Positions 18,423 through 28,220 of a DNA stretch of 64,000 nt are shown in pieces (the first letter of the stretch is position 1; each line of letters opens with the position of its first letter). The notes below the pieces were generated by a model. It was not told where the DNA came from and made no database searches. It was given only the letters and a program-made list of their open reading frames with translations. This DNA comes from Candidatus Pacebacteria bacterium UBA6180 (GTDB lineage: Bacteria; Patescibacteriota; Microgenomatia; UBA1400; PJMF01), in contig DITQ01000006.1 in assembly GCA_002422165.1 (NCBI GenBank), positions 25,384 through 89,383 of the forward strand, in the 5' to 3' direction. Position numbers and translations under genes: made by a program.

Positions 18423-19421
18423 TTAAAACAAGTGCTCCTCCAAATAGGCTGGCTGCTCACCAACCCCAGAGGAAATGATTTTCTTCACACTGGATAAAAC
18501 TTCCAAAACTTCCCTGACCTGCATTTCATACTGCGGCAGGGTCAACACGTGAACATTGAATCCCGTGTTAATGGTGAAATAAGCCGGTACGCCCTCGCGC
18601 CGCAACTGGCGCACTGCTTGCATCACCTCGACTGTGCCTGGGTAAAAAAGCAAAATGGTCGGCGAACTAGTAAGCAAAATGCTGTGAAATTCGAGTGCTT
18701 CTGCTTCAGCAAGTTCACCTAAGGCTACAAAGTCTTTGCTTAATATGCTGTTTTTCGCCTGCACTAGCTTGGTCTTCATTCGCTCCTGGCGAGCTGCAAA
18801 AAACGGACTGCTCTGCGCTAAATCGTGCCCCTCTGTCGAACTCATGATTTTTTTGTCCTCGCTGACAATCGCCACCAAATCTCTGATGGGCAGTTGATCG
18901 ACATCCGCAAAACTCTCTGAGTAAGAACTCTCAGAAGAGTCGCCATCCAACCACTCGACGAAGCCACCACAAACACACCTACAAGCTGTACCAGAACCTT
19001 GGCGAGCCAAGATTGATAGTTCTTTTTGACTTAGTTCTAGGCCCAAAGCCTTGGTAGCGGCTATTGTTAAGGCTGCAAAGCCCGAGCCAGAGCTGGATAG
19101 ACCAGTACTTTTGGGAAAATTGTTTTGAGAAACCACGCGAGCAAAGAGGTTTTTTGCAGACAAACCCTGCTCTCTGGCCAGAGCGCGCACGCGATCGAGC
19201 TGCTTGACCACCCGACCAGCTTCACCTTCTTCCACCATTCCGTCGATCGTTATCTGATCTTTATCCAGAGTCTCTAAAAATTCAACCGTGGTAGTGCTGT
19301 GTAGCGAATCCAAAACCATGGACAGACTGCCGTTGGCGGGCAAGCGCAAAACCTTGTCTTTTTTGCCCCAGTATTTGACGAGGGCGATATCGCTGTTGGC
19401 TCGAACGGTTGTTTTAGTCAT
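18423..19421 (-). CDS. mvaD: diphosphomevalonate decarboxylase (MVD)
   Basis: N-terminal IALVKYWGKKD and the GHMP-like P-loop GLSSSGSGFAALTIA are hallmarks of mevalonate diphosphate decarboxylase. Confidence 0.85.
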   Translation of the reverse strand: MTKTTVRANSDIALVKYWGKKDKVLRLPANGSLSMVLDSLHSTTTVEFLETLDKDQITIDGMVEEGEAGRVVKQLDRVRALAREQGLSAKNLFARVVSQNNFPKSTGLSSSGSGFAALTIAATKALGLELSQKELSILARQGSGTACRCVCGGFVEWLDGDSSESSYSESFADVDQLPIRDLVAIVSEDKKIMSSTEGHDLAQSSPFFAARQERMKTKLVQAKNSILSKDFVALGELAEAEALEFHSILLTSSPTILLFYPGTVEVMQAVRQLRREGVPAYFTINTGFNVHVLTLPQYEMQVREVLEVLSSVKKIISSGVGEQPAYLEEHLF

Positions 19422-19423
19422 AT

Positions 19424-20410
19424 TTAATTTTCCAACCTCACTCCTTCAGCATTAGTTTTTACCTCAATAATTTTACCACTAACTGAAGCGATCGCCTGCG
19501 CTACAGCAGCGCTCTGAGCTGGTTTAGCCACAGCCAGCATACAATCTCCCCCTCCTGCGCCAGACAGCTTGGCACCTAGAGCTCCGGCCGCCAAACTGGC
19601 CACAATTAAATTCTCTAATTCGCTGCTACTAACCTGCAGCTGACGCAGTAAATTTTGGTTTGCTGTCATTAACTCGCCCACTTTCGCAAAATCGCTTGCC
19701 GTCAAAGCCGACCTGGCCTGCTCAACCAAATTGCTAATTTGCTCAAAAATGCTGGCGATTTGCTGCTGATTTTCAGAGTAGGCCGCTTGCACCTTACGAA
19801 TTAAAGTGGCTGTATCAGCCTTAATGCCAGTATAGCCAACAACTAACGGCAGCTCATCGATTGCCAAAGGCAACACCGAGGGCTGCTTTGCTGGAGCCTT
19901 TGGAGTGACGTAATACAATGTCCCGCCCCAAATTGCCGCAGCGATGTCGAATCCGGAAGCCACGCCTTGAACGCTCAAAACTACCTGATAACAAAGATCA
20001 AACAATTCTTCGTTGTCTAGTCGTACCCCGTAAAACTCGCCCAACGCTTTGGCCAAAGCCACCGTGCTAGCGCTGCTGGAACCCAAGCCGTAAGAGCTGG
20101 TAAACTCGTTTTTGCTCAAAACTTTGACTCCATGCTCTTGGGGATGGCGCTGCAAGAAAAAACTCAAGCAAGTTTCCAAAAAACTAGCTGCTTTGAGCAA
20201 GTTGCCTTGTCCAAGCTCTTGTCGACTTTTGTGATAATCAAACAAAGCTAAATCCGGCGCTTCGAGACTAAAAAAGTGTTCATCGTTTTCCTCCACCGTC
20301 ACGCTCAGGCGCAGATCCACTGCCGTCACGAGACAAGGATGACCAAAAACCACACTGTGTTCGCCAAAAAGCATTAGTTTTCCCGGGGCAGAGGCTTTGA
20401 CTTTATGCAT
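19424..20410 (-). CDS. mvaK2: phosphomevalonate kinase (GHMP kinase, ERG8-type)
   Basis: APGKLMLFGEHSVVFG, GHMP motif GLGSSSASTVALAKAL, C-terminal GAKLSGAGGGDCMLAV (compare SGAGGGDC of bacterial PMK). Start trimmed to MHKVK to give an 8-nt overlap with the upstream gene. Confidence 0.65.
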   Translation of the reverse strand: MHKVKASAPGKLMLFGEHSVVFGHPCLVTAVDLRLSVTVEENDEHFFSLEAPDLALFDYHKSRQELGQGNLLKAASFLETCLSFFLQRHPQEHGVKVLSKNEFTSSYGLGSSSASTVALAKALGEFYGVRLDNEELFDLCYQVVLSVQGVASGFDIAAAIWGGTLYYVTPKAPAKQPSVLPLAIDELPLVVGYTGIKADTATLIRKVQAAYSENQQQIASIFEQISNLVEQARSALTASDFAKVGELMTANQNLLRQLQVSSSELENLIVASLAAGALGAKLSGAGGGDCMLAVAKPAQSAAVAQAIASVSGKIIEVKTNAEGVRLEN

Positions 20411-21296
20411 TTTGTCCTCCTTTTGACTCACCGAGGCTTGCTCCAAAAAAATCTAAACCCTGCACCTGCAATTGATTCGATAAAAAATGTGAATCGCTGT
20501 GCGTGGCCAGAATATAGCCCGAGCCGGCCGCGACACCGCCAGCACCAGTAATTTTGCAGTGGGCACCTATTGCCTGCAACTTGACAATGATTTTTTTGGC
20601 TGCCTCACCAACCACGCCCAACTCCTCCAGCAAAGCTTGATTTTGGTCAAACAACTGCGGCTGCCAGCGACCTTTTTGCAAATCCTCATGCATCTTGAGG
20701 CTAAGCTCAGCAATTTTGGCAATAGTTGCTGGAGCTTTAGGATTATTTTTGACCAAAGTGACCATTTCTCCAGTTGATTCGCTAGCTGCTCCAGAATTAA
20801 TTAGGAAAAACTTTTGCTCGGTCAAAATTGCTGCTTGCAAAGGAGTGCTCTCTCCACCCTGAAAAGCCAAGAGTCCGCCATAAACCACGATCGCGGGGTC
20901 AGCGCCGCTTGAGCTACCATGGATGAAATTTTCGGCTTCAAGCACCAGCTGATAAAGCTCTGCTTTGGTCAGTTCTCGACCAAAAAAGTTCATTACTGCC
21001 TGGAGCAAGGCAGCCGCCAAAGCCGCCGAAGAGCCTAGTCCCGATTTGACGGGCAGAGTTGAATCAATTTTGATAGCTACAGCCAGATCTTTTCGGCCCA
21101 GCACTCGCGCTGCCAACTGCAAAAGGTGCTGCAAATAAGCGTCGCTTCGCTGCTCCAGCGATAATTCACCTGCGCTCACGCTAGCGCGCACCCCTAAGTC
21201 CAAACTCGCTAATAAAGCCAAGTGACCAAAAACCACGCTGTGTTCACCAGTCAGGATAACTTTGCCTGAAAAAAAGGCCGTGCTCGTCTTAGACAT
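20403..21296 (-). CDS. mvaK1: mevalonate kinase (GHMP kinase)
   Basis: FSGKVILTGEHSVVFG and SGLGSSAALAAALLQAV. 297 aa. The MK versus PMK assignment of the two GHMP genes is by length and C-terminal motif only. Confidence 0.6.
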   Translation of the reverse strand: MSKTSTAFFSGKVILTGEHSVVFGHLALLASLDLGVRASVSAGELSLEQRSDAYLQHLLQLAARVLGRKDLAVAIKIDSTLPVKSGLGSSAALAAALLQAVMNFFGRELTKAELYQLVLEAENFIHGSSSGADPAIVVYGGLLAFQGGESTPLQAAILTEQKFFLINSGAASESTGEMVTLVKNNPKAPATIAKIAELSLKMHEDLQKGRWQPQLFDQNQALLEELGVVGEAAKKIIVKLQAIGAHCKITGAGGVAAGSGYILATHSDSHFLSNQLQVQGLDFFGASLGESKGGQNA

Positions 21297-21576
21297 GGGC
21301 TGCTTTCAGCCCATAAGCAATCACTTCTTCTGGCGCTTCTTTTTTAATCTTGCGCAAGACCAATTTAACTTGGTCGCCAATCTCAAAACTTTCACCGGCC
21401 ACGCCCATCAGGGAAATTTTTTCTTCTCCAAGATCAACAAGTAAATAAGCGTAAGGCAAAAAAGCAACCTGATCGCTGGCCGCCACTTCCATCAATGAGG
21501 CCGAGATAACTGTGCCCTCTTTGCCGAGATATTTTGACCAATTTTTGTTGTTGCGCCAACTTTCAGTTGTCTTCAT
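21289..21576 (-). CDS. DUF35-like OB-fold protein (putative scaffold of the thiolase/HMG-CoA synthase complex)
   Basis: 95-aa ORF between thiolase and MK. YLGKEGTVISASLMEVA...YAYLLVDLGEEKISLMGVAGESFEIGDQVKLV resembles the OB-fold half of DUF35 proteins. No Zn-ribbon cysteines are present. Confidence 0.45.
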   Translation of the reverse strand: MKTTESWRNNKNWSKYLGKEGTVISASLMEVAASDQVAFLPYAYLLVDLGEEKISLMGVAGESFEIGDQVKLVLRKIKKEAPEEVIAYGLKAAHV

Positions 21577-21594
21577 ATTCTTTTTTGTTTATTA

Positions 21595-22710
21595 TTAAAT
21601 TCCAAGCACATTGACTACCGCCGTCGCTCCGCTGCCGCCGACGTTGTGGGTTAGGCCGCGCTCGATTTGGCCGGCTTCAATCATCGCGCTTAAAAAAGAG
21701 ACTTGCTTGACGCCAGTGGCGCCGACCGGGTGTCCGCAAGCTTTGAGACCACCGGAAGGATTGATGATCACTTGCCCGCCGTAAGTTGCCTGGCCAGCGG
21801 CGATGGCACTTGCTGCCTCGCCTTTGGCAAAAAAGCCCAAATCCTCAGTCGCTAAAATCTCGGCAATGCTAAAACAATCGTGCACTTCGGCCGCTTGAAT
21901 ATCTTTTTGTCTCAATTTGGCCATTTTTAGCGCCTTAGAAGCTGCAATTCTTGTGGCAGCTAACTCGCCTAGGTCCTGACGGTCTTGGAGAGCTAAGGTA
22001 TCCTGAGCGTGACCAAAACCAAGCAATTTGGTTTTTCTCGAGGAGGGCTTACTGCTGAGAATCACCGCCGCCACCCCATCAGTGATGGGCGAGCAATCAA
22101 GCAAGCGCAGAGGGTCAGCTACCATGACGGAGCTGCCAACCTGATCGAGAGTAAATTCTTTGTGAAACTGAGCAGCAGGGTTAGTCATGGCGTGATGGTG
22201 GTTTTTGACTACCACGCTAGAAAGCTGCTCGCGAGTCGTCCCATAGCGCTTGATGTGATAATTAGCCAAAACCGCGTACAGGGCTGGAAAAGTTGAGCCA
22301 TATTCTTTGTCGCGACTAGCCGCAGTAGCCAAAATGGTGCTGGTTTCGCTGCTGCTGACGTCAGTCATTTTTTCCACACCCAGAACCAAAACTGTCTGGT
22401 AAAGTCCACTACGGATGGCCTGTTCTGCTGCGATTACTGCCAGGCCGCCAGAGGCACAGGCTCCCTCCACCCGCATCGCTGGTGGAAAATGTGCAAACTG
22501 CTCGCTGACTAGAGCTCCGAGATGACGTTGTTCGTTGAAGCTCCCACCGGCTTTATTGGCCACAAAAATGGCGTCTATCTCGGCAGGATCAAGTTCGCTG
22601 TCAGCAAGCACGCCAGCCACACCTTCTTTGACCAGATCGGTCAAACTTTGAGTCCATAATTCGCCAAATTTACCTATATATCTACCAATTATTTTTGTCT
22701 CAGTGTGCAT
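21595..22710 (-). CDS. thiolase (acetyl-CoA C-acetyltransferase), short archaeal-type
   Basis: Active-site region VEGACASGGLAVIAAEQAIRSG, C-terminal GHPVGATG and NVGGSGATAVV. 371 aa. Overlaps the HMGCS gene by 11 nt. Confidence 0.85.
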   Translation of the reverse strand: MHTETKIIGRYIGKFGELWTQSLTDLVKEGVAGVLADSELDPAEIDAIFVANKAGGSFNEQRHLGALVSEQFAHFPPAMRVEGACASGGLAVIAAEQAIRSGLYQTVLVLGVEKMTDVSSSETSTILATAASRDKEYGSTFPALYAVLANYHIKRYGTTREQLSSVVVKNHHHAMTNPAAQFHKEFTLDQVGSSVMVADPLRLLDCSPITDGVAAVILSSKPSSRKTKLLGFGHAQDTLALQDRQDLGELAATRIAASKALKMAKLRQKDIQAAEVHDCFSIAEILATEDLGFFAKGEAASAIAAGQATYGGQVIINPSGGLKACGHPVGATGVKQVSFLSAMIEAGQIERGLTHNVGGSGATAVVNVLGI

Positions 22711-23764
22711 TTTGCTCCCTCATTTTGTGGTAAGTCGCTAGATCAATTTCCTGCAGAGCAGCAATTTGCTCGGCCAGGGTGTGAGTGAATTTTTGGCGAA
22801 ACTTAGGCAAAGCAGCTGTCGTTTCAAACAAAAAGGCATCAGCACCAGCACCTGAACCATAGGAGCAAAGCAAAATTTTGGCACCAGCTGGAGCCACATC
22901 AAGCACAGCAGTCAAAGCCAGTAGAGAGGCGGCGGCATAGGTGTTACCAATTTTTTTGACGACTAGACTGGGAGCGAGCTGCTCACGACTAAAACCAAGT
23001 TGTTTGGCGATGGCTTGAGGAAATTTGCCGTTAGGAGTGTGAAAAATGCAGAAATCTAACTCGCTGGGCGCAAGCTTGGTCTGCTCGAGCAAGCGGCGAG
23101 TCGCCATAGTGACGTGCTTGAAATAGGCTGGCTCACCAGTGAAGCGACCGAAGTGTTCTGGATAGGATTGCCCGGGCTTGCGCCAAAAATCTGGCGTGTC
23201 GGTCGCCACCGAGGTGGTAGCGAGCAAATTAGCTAAAGTTGGCTGCGAAGCGCTGTCCGCAGCGAGGATGAAGGCGGCGGCGCCAGCCGCCGCAGTGTAT
23301 TCCAGAGCGTCTCCAGGACGGGCTTGGGCGGTATCCGCGCCGATCGCCAGCGTAGCGTGAGCCATCTCTGAATTGACGTAAGCCGCAGAAATCTGCAAAG
23401 CCTGCGAGCCAGCTTTGCAAGCGAACTGCAAATCAGCCATGCTTAGGAAGTCACTCAATCCCAAGGCTTCCTTGACCACTGCCCCAGAAGGTTTGACTGC
23501 GTAAGGGTGGCTTTCGCTGCCGATGAAAAGTGTTTCGATCTCTGTTGTTTGACCACCTGCGCTTCGAAAGCGTTCTAATGCTTGATAAGCAGCAGCAGTG
23601 GACAGGGTAACTGTGTCCTCGTCAATTGCGGGGATAGTTTTGGAAGAAACACCTAAAGCTTTGGCCATGCTTCCGTCTTTACCCTGGCTAACCGCGATTG
23701 TCGAAGTGCTGACTTTTTTATCTGGAATAGCGGCGCCATAGGCAACGATGCCAACTTGTTTCAT
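22700..23764 (-). CDS. hydroxymethylglutaryl-CoA synthase (short, archaeal-type)
   Basis: MKQVGIVAYGAAIP start, GSESHPYAVKP, FACKAGSQAL (catalytic Cys context). 354 aa, the size of the archaeal-type HMGCS that pairs with thiolase and DUF35. Confidence 0.8.
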   Translation of the reverse strand: MKQVGIVAYGAAIPDKKVSTSTIAVSQGKDGSMAKALGVSSKTIPAIDEDTVTLSTAAAYQALERFRSAGGQTTEIETLFIGSESHPYAVKPSGAVVKEALGLSDFLSMADLQFACKAGSQALQISAAYVNSEMAHATLAIGADTAQARPGDALEYTAAAGAAAFILAADSASQPTLANLLATTSVATDTPDFWRKPGQSYPEHFGRFTGEPAYFKHVTMATRRLLEQTKLAPSELDFCIFHTPNGKFPQAIAKQLGFSREQLAPSLVVKKIGNTYAAASLLALTAVLDVAPAGAKILLCSYGSGAGADAFLFETTAALPKFRQKFTHTLAEQIAALQEIDLATYHKMREQNAH

Positions 23765-23766
23765 AA

Positions 23767-25026
23767 TTATTTTCTTTTTCTCGCTAACTTTTGGTGAGCT
23801 GCTGCCAGAGAGTGACTGCTAAGCGCTGCCAAGCCAGAGATTTCTGCTGCCAGGACTCCGGTAGCCAAAATTGCTGCCAGTTTACTCGGGTTTGGATCAT
23901 CGTCATTTTGTAAAATTAAACTGCGCACTTCTTTTTGAGCAGGCAAAGCCGTCCCTCCGCCCACACTGCCCAGAGGCAAATCGGATAAATGCACTGCGAA
24001 ATATAAGCCGGTACTGCCATCTGCCATTAAAGCTTCTTCGACGATGGTGTTACCTTGACTAGCTTCGACGATGTGAGCGCTGTCCTGGCCAGTAGCCAGA
24101 TAAAAAGCAGCTGTCACGTTAGCAAATTGCATGTTGTGATCACTCGAACCAGCTAGCGTCGAGCCTAGTTGATTTTTACTGTGGTGAGTGGCAAGCAGTT
24201 TTTTGGAGCTGGTTTTGAGAACTTCCTCCAAAATTTCTTCGCTAAGCAAGACTTCCGCCTGAGCGCTGTAGCCGCGACCAAGTATTTGATTGATGTGAGA
24301 AGCTTTTTTGTCTGTGCAGACGTTGCTACTGAGACTCAGCATCTGGATGCCTGGGTAGGTGTTCAAAAAATCCTCCCACAACTTCTGCAAAGCGATGGTG
24401 ACCATGTTCATCCCCATCGCCAAATCGGTGTCAAAACTTAAACGAACAAACACTTGTCGCCCACGCACGAAGCTCTGTAAAGCTAGAAATTTGAGATGAG
24501 AACTTCCATCTTCAGTGACTTGACGAATTTTTGTCCTTGTTTCAGCCAGATCTAGGAATTCTGCAAAGGCAAAGGCCTGCTTGCCATCAGCAAAAGCAAA
24601 GCTGGGCGCGCGAGTCATGCCGGCATTTTTGACGAAAAGTTGCGCCCCACCAGCTTGATTAATAGCCTTGAGACCGCGACTAACACTAGCCACGAGTGCT
24701 CCCTCGCTGGTAGCGAGCGGCACGAAAGAATTCTCTCTCTGGCCGTATTGCTCGAATTCCACAGGCCCAGCTAAGCCGAGCGGCAAACTGATGGCCCCAA
24801 CCATGTTTTCACAGTTGTGCGCATTGGCCGCTGCTAAATCAGCATCGACCGCAAAAAGATGCGGAGTTGGTGCAGCTTTCCAGCTTGAAGCCAATTGTTT
24901 TTGGCGATCCCTGATCAGCTGCAGATCATCTGCGTTAGTATTGTTGTTTTTGAAAAACGACATTGCATGATAATTAGTCGCAAAAAGGAACAAAATCATG
25001 CAAAAGAAAGTTTTAGGCTCTTTCAA
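23767..25026 (-). CDS. HMG-CoA reductase, class I
   Basis: DLAMGMNMVT (class I DAMGMNM motif), SLSSNVCTDKKAS, GSVGGGT. The N-terminal 40 aa are hydrophobic, so the true start may be a later Met. Confidence 0.85.
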   Translation of the reverse strand: MKEPKTFFCMILFLFATNYHAMSFFKNNNTNADDLQLIRDRQKQLASSWKAAPTPHLFAVDADLAAANAHNCENMVGAISLPLGLAGPVEFEQYGQRENSFVPLATSEGALVASVSRGLKAINQAGGAQLFVKNAGMTRAPSFAFADGKQAFAFAEFLDLAETRTKIRQVTEDGSSHLKFLALQSFVRGRQVFVRLSFDTDLAMGMNMVTIALQKLWEDFLNTYPGIQMLSLSSNVCTDKKASHINQILGRGYSAQAEVLLSEEILEEVLKTSSKKLLATHHSKNQLGSTLAGSSDHNMQFANVTAAFYLATGQDSAHIVEASQGNTIVEEALMADGSTGLYFAVHLSDLPLGSVGGGTALPAQKEVRSLILQNDDDPNPSKLAAILATGVLAAEISGLAALSSHSLAAAHQKLARKRK

Positions 25027-25049
25027 AATAACTTTTTTTAGAGGAAAAT

Positions 25050-25913
25050 GTGAATTATATGGATAATTTAAATAATGAAATCACACAAAATAATAATTTG
25101 CCAGAAAAAAAAGCAGTTAAGCCAAAAGTCGTACTTCTTATTGTTTCACTTATAATTTTAGAATTGTGCTCGTTAATTCTAGCTGCAACCTATGGCTATA
25201 GGCAGGGGCTAAGAAGTGAGGTAGGGAAAAATCCAGCATCAGATACTACTCAAATAAACATGAAAGCTGATTTAATCAAGCCAACTTCTGTGCCAGGACT
25301 AGTTTATCCGCTATCAACAAAGCCAGAAGACACAACTTACGATTACAGTGAAAATTTAAAAATAAATCTAAGCAGCATAGAAGAATTAAAAACTGGCTAT
25401 CCAAGCTCCAAAGAGAACTTGGGCTACGAGGTTTTTCTTTTTGCTGATCTGACCGAAGATTCTTTTAGTGGCCAAATGCTAACACAAAATGTAAATTTTT
25501 TATTCAAAAATTATCCTCAAATGAGAGTTTGGTATTTACACACTGTCCTTCCCTACAGAGAGAATCCCAACCTAAAAGGAGCAATCGGAGTCTTAAAATG
25601 CCTCAATGATCAAGACTCAGTTTGGAAAAACATGGACGATTTGGTAAAAGAAAAAGGTCGGCATAATTATATTTATCAACTTGAAAATCAAGAAACGTAC
25701 ACCAGGTGCATTACAGAAATTAACCAAAATGATCAATATTTTCAAGAAAAAATTATAAACAGCCAAGAACTAATGGCTAAATACGGGATATCTGGCATAC
25801 CATCTATCATTGTCGTATCAGAAAATAATCCATCTATAGGAAATAGAATTATTGGTGCTTTACCAAGAGATGAATTTGTTCAGCGAATTGAAGAGATCAT
25901 CAGGGAAAATTAA
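25050..25913 (+). CDS. membrane-anchored thioredoxin-fold (DsbA-like) protein lacking the CxxC motif
   Basis: Helix LLIVSLIILELCSLILAA. C-terminal YGISGIPSIIVVSEN resembles the DsbA cis-Pro loop region, but the CxxC position is occupied by FADLTEDSFSG. Confidence 0.3.
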   Translation: MNYMDNLNNEITQNNNLPEKKAVKPKVVLLIVSLIILELCSLILAATYGYRQGLRSEVGKNPASDTTQINMKADLIKPTSVPGLVYPLSTKPEDTTYDYSENLKINLSSIEELKTGYPSSKENLGYEVFLFADLTEDSFSGQMLTQNVNFLFKNYPQMRVWYLHTVLPYRENPNLKGAIGVLKCLNDQDSVWKNMDDLVKEKGRHNYIYQLENQETYTRCITEINQNDQYFQEKIINSQELMAKYGISGIPSIIVVSENNPSIGNRIIGALPRDEFVQRIEEIIREN

Positions 25914-26987
25914 ATGTTTGAAATGCTAAAAAAACTCCAAGCAACCAAAAACATCACCGATCCTTTCTTGCTAGAGCTTCTAGATGAGGAATCCCAAAAG
26001 TTTCAAGGTCAAACCCTTAGTCAAGCCGCCTTCGCCAAGCTCAAAAACTTCATCATCAGCGGCAAAAGTGTCCGTTCTGGCCTGTTTTTACTAGTTGCAG
26101 AGAGTTTCAAACGAGAAAACTACCTCAAGAAACGCAGTGATTTGATCCTCGTGGCCGCCGCCCTAGAACTCATTCACTCTGGACTCTTGATTCACGATGA
26201 CATCATCGACCAAGATGAGTTGCGCCGCGGTCAAGATTCGATCTGGCACCAGTACGCCAAGGAGGCTAGGGAGGGAAAAATCAACAATCCTCAAAATTAT
26301 GGCGAGAGCTTGGCTATCTGCCTTGGCAGCCTGACTCAATATTTGGCCCAGCTAGCTCTAGAAAGACTTTCTCTCCTGCCTGCCACGACGCAAAAAGTCA
26401 TCAAGCGAACAATTAACCAAGAAATTATCAAAACTTATTTCGCTGAAATGCTAGATTCCAAAATCACCTTGCAAACAAACGCGCCAACTCCTAGCGAAGT
26501 CGAGGAAATGTACCTATTCAAAACTGCTCGCTACACTTTTTCCCTTCCTTTGCAACTAGCCAGTATCATCAATCAACAATCCACAAAACAAGTAGAAAAA
26601 ATAGTCAAAATTGGCGAAAAACTAGGCTTGATTTTTCAAATCAAAGATGACGAAATCAGCTTGTTTGCCAGCGCTGAAAAATCTGGCAAGAGCTTTGCTT
26701 CAGACATCAGAGAAGGCAAAAAAACCCTTCACTATCTCTATGTACTAGAGTCAGCAAACAGTTTAGAAAAAGAGTTTCTGCAAGAATTTTATGGCCAAAA
26801 AGAAATCGACCAGCAAAAAATCGAGCAAATTCAAAAACTTTTCAAGAAGCATGCCAATGCAAAAATAGAAGCTTTGAGCGAAAAATTAGCCGCAGAGGCT
26901 GCCAGCTTAATTGCTGAAATCAGTTCAGAAAAAACCAGAGAGCTGTTGACGACAACCCTAAACTTCAATCTAACAAGAGAATCTTGA
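25914..26987 (+). CDS. trans-polyprenyl diphosphate synthase (polyprenyl synthetase family)
   Basis: First DDxxD LIHDDIIDQDELRRGQ, second DDxxD FQIKDDEISLF, K/R-rich substrate-binding region. Confidence 0.8.
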   Translation: MFEMLKKLQATKNITDPFLLELLDEESQKFQGQTLSQAAFAKLKNFIISGKSVRSGLFLLVAESFKRENYLKKRSDLILVAAALELIHSGLLIHDDIIDQDELRRGQDSIWHQYAKEAREGKINNPQNYGESLAICLGSLTQYLAQLALERLSLLPATTQKVIKRTINQEIIKTYFAEMLDSKITLQTNAPTPSEVEEMYLFKTARYTFSLPLQLASIINQQSTKQVEKIVKIGEKLGLIFQIKDDEISLFASAEKSGKSFASDIREGKKTLHYLYVLESANSLEKEFLQEFYGQKEIDQQKIEQIQKLFKKHANAKIEALSEKLAAEAASLIAEISSEKTRELLTTTLNFNLTRES

Positions 26988-26997
26988 TCGTAATTTT

Positions 26998-28200
26998 TTA
27001 TGACTGCTCCGATTTATGCTCCTTGATGAGCAGGGTCAATAACACTCCAATCGCCGCTGCGACAAACAAGCTCTTCCAAGCCGCAATGAAGAAATAGAAG
27101 ATTACAGCCACAAACAACCAAAAAACAATCGCTGCTAAGGAATAAATCATCTCGCGATAGACGAAATAGGATAATGCTTCTCGACCTTTACCGCGCATGA
27201 TCCAACTACGGTCAAAAAAGAGCCAGTGATAACTGGCCGTCAACTTATCAAAGGCGTTGACAATGGTAATTGTCCAGATATTGAGCATAAAACCACGCAA
27301 CACCCAAAAAAATGATAAAAAGCCGCCAGACATGAAAAACTGCTTGCGCCCCTTGTCGCGATCGATGTAAGAACCAGCGAAATAACTAATCAAAAGAGCC
27401 AAAAATAAAGATAGACTGTAGAAGTAACCAACGCTGTCGTGACTGCCAAGCAAAATAAACATATAAAGCGTCCACAAATTAATGCTGGCATCATTGAAAT
27501 AGCGCCCTGTAAAACTCACGGCGAGGCGACGAAAAGTTGGCTCAGCCAACCAAGCAGAGAACTCTTTGAAAGAAATATGATCTCTGACTTTGACATTGTC
27601 CAGTTGAAGAGAAAACACTACCCCAAACAAAATAATGAACAAGCCAAGTAAAAACAAAGTTTGATAGCCCAAGGTCACAATAATGATGCCTCCCAGAGCC
27701 GGAGCAATCATCGCTAGCAAAGTCAACAAGAAGTTGATGATGCCCAGATTAGAGCCAATTTTATTTTCACTGCTGTGTTTGCTCAGTGAATAATGATAGG
27801 TGTTCCAAAACAAATTGATTTGCAAGCCGTTGATGACCGCTGCTGTCAACACTAGATAGGGATTTTCTATCGAAAAAAATAAAGCTAGAGCGTACAAACA
27901 ATAAAACAAATGGCCAAGCAGAAAACCGTAGCGCACACCGTGTTTGGTGAGAATGCGACTGGTAGGAATAGCCAAGAAGAAACAAACCACATAAGTTAAC
28001 AGATAAACCATGGCAACATTGAAGATGCCTTCCTGCAAACCAGAAAGTTCGAAGCGACTCATAAATGGAAAGCGCAAGTTGAAAAAATATAGTGGCAAGA
28101 AAAAAATCATCAACTGGTTAGCCAGATCACGCACCAAACGAATCGCATATAAATATTTGAGATTTTTGGTACGCTGAAAAGTAAAGCTAAAAATCGACAT
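26998..28200 (-). CDS. polytopic membrane transporter (MFS-like)
   Basis: 400 aa with about 11-12 hydrophobic helices. No ATPase motifs. Confidence 0.4.
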   Translation of the reverse strand: MSIFSFTFQRTKNLKYLYAIRLVRDLANQLMIFFLPLYFFNLRFPFMSRFELSGLQEGIFNVAMVYLLTYVVCFFLAIPTSRILTKHGVRYGFLLGHLFYCLYALALFFSIENPYLVLTAAVINGLQINLFWNTYHYSLSKHSSENKIGSNLGIINFLLTLLAMIAPALGGIIIVTLGYQTLFLLGLFIILFGVVFSLQLDNVKVRDHISFKEFSAWLAEPTFRRLAVSFTGRYFNDASINLWTLYMFILLGSHDSVGYFYSLSLFLALLISYFAGSYIDRDKGRKQFFMSGGFLSFFWVLRGFMLNIWTITIVNAFDKLTASYHWLFFDRSWIMRGKGREALSYFVYREMIYSLAAIVFWLFVAVIFYFFIAAWKSLFVAAAIGVLLTLLIKEHKSEQS

Positions 28201-28220
28201 AAAATTAAAAAAATCTCTCG

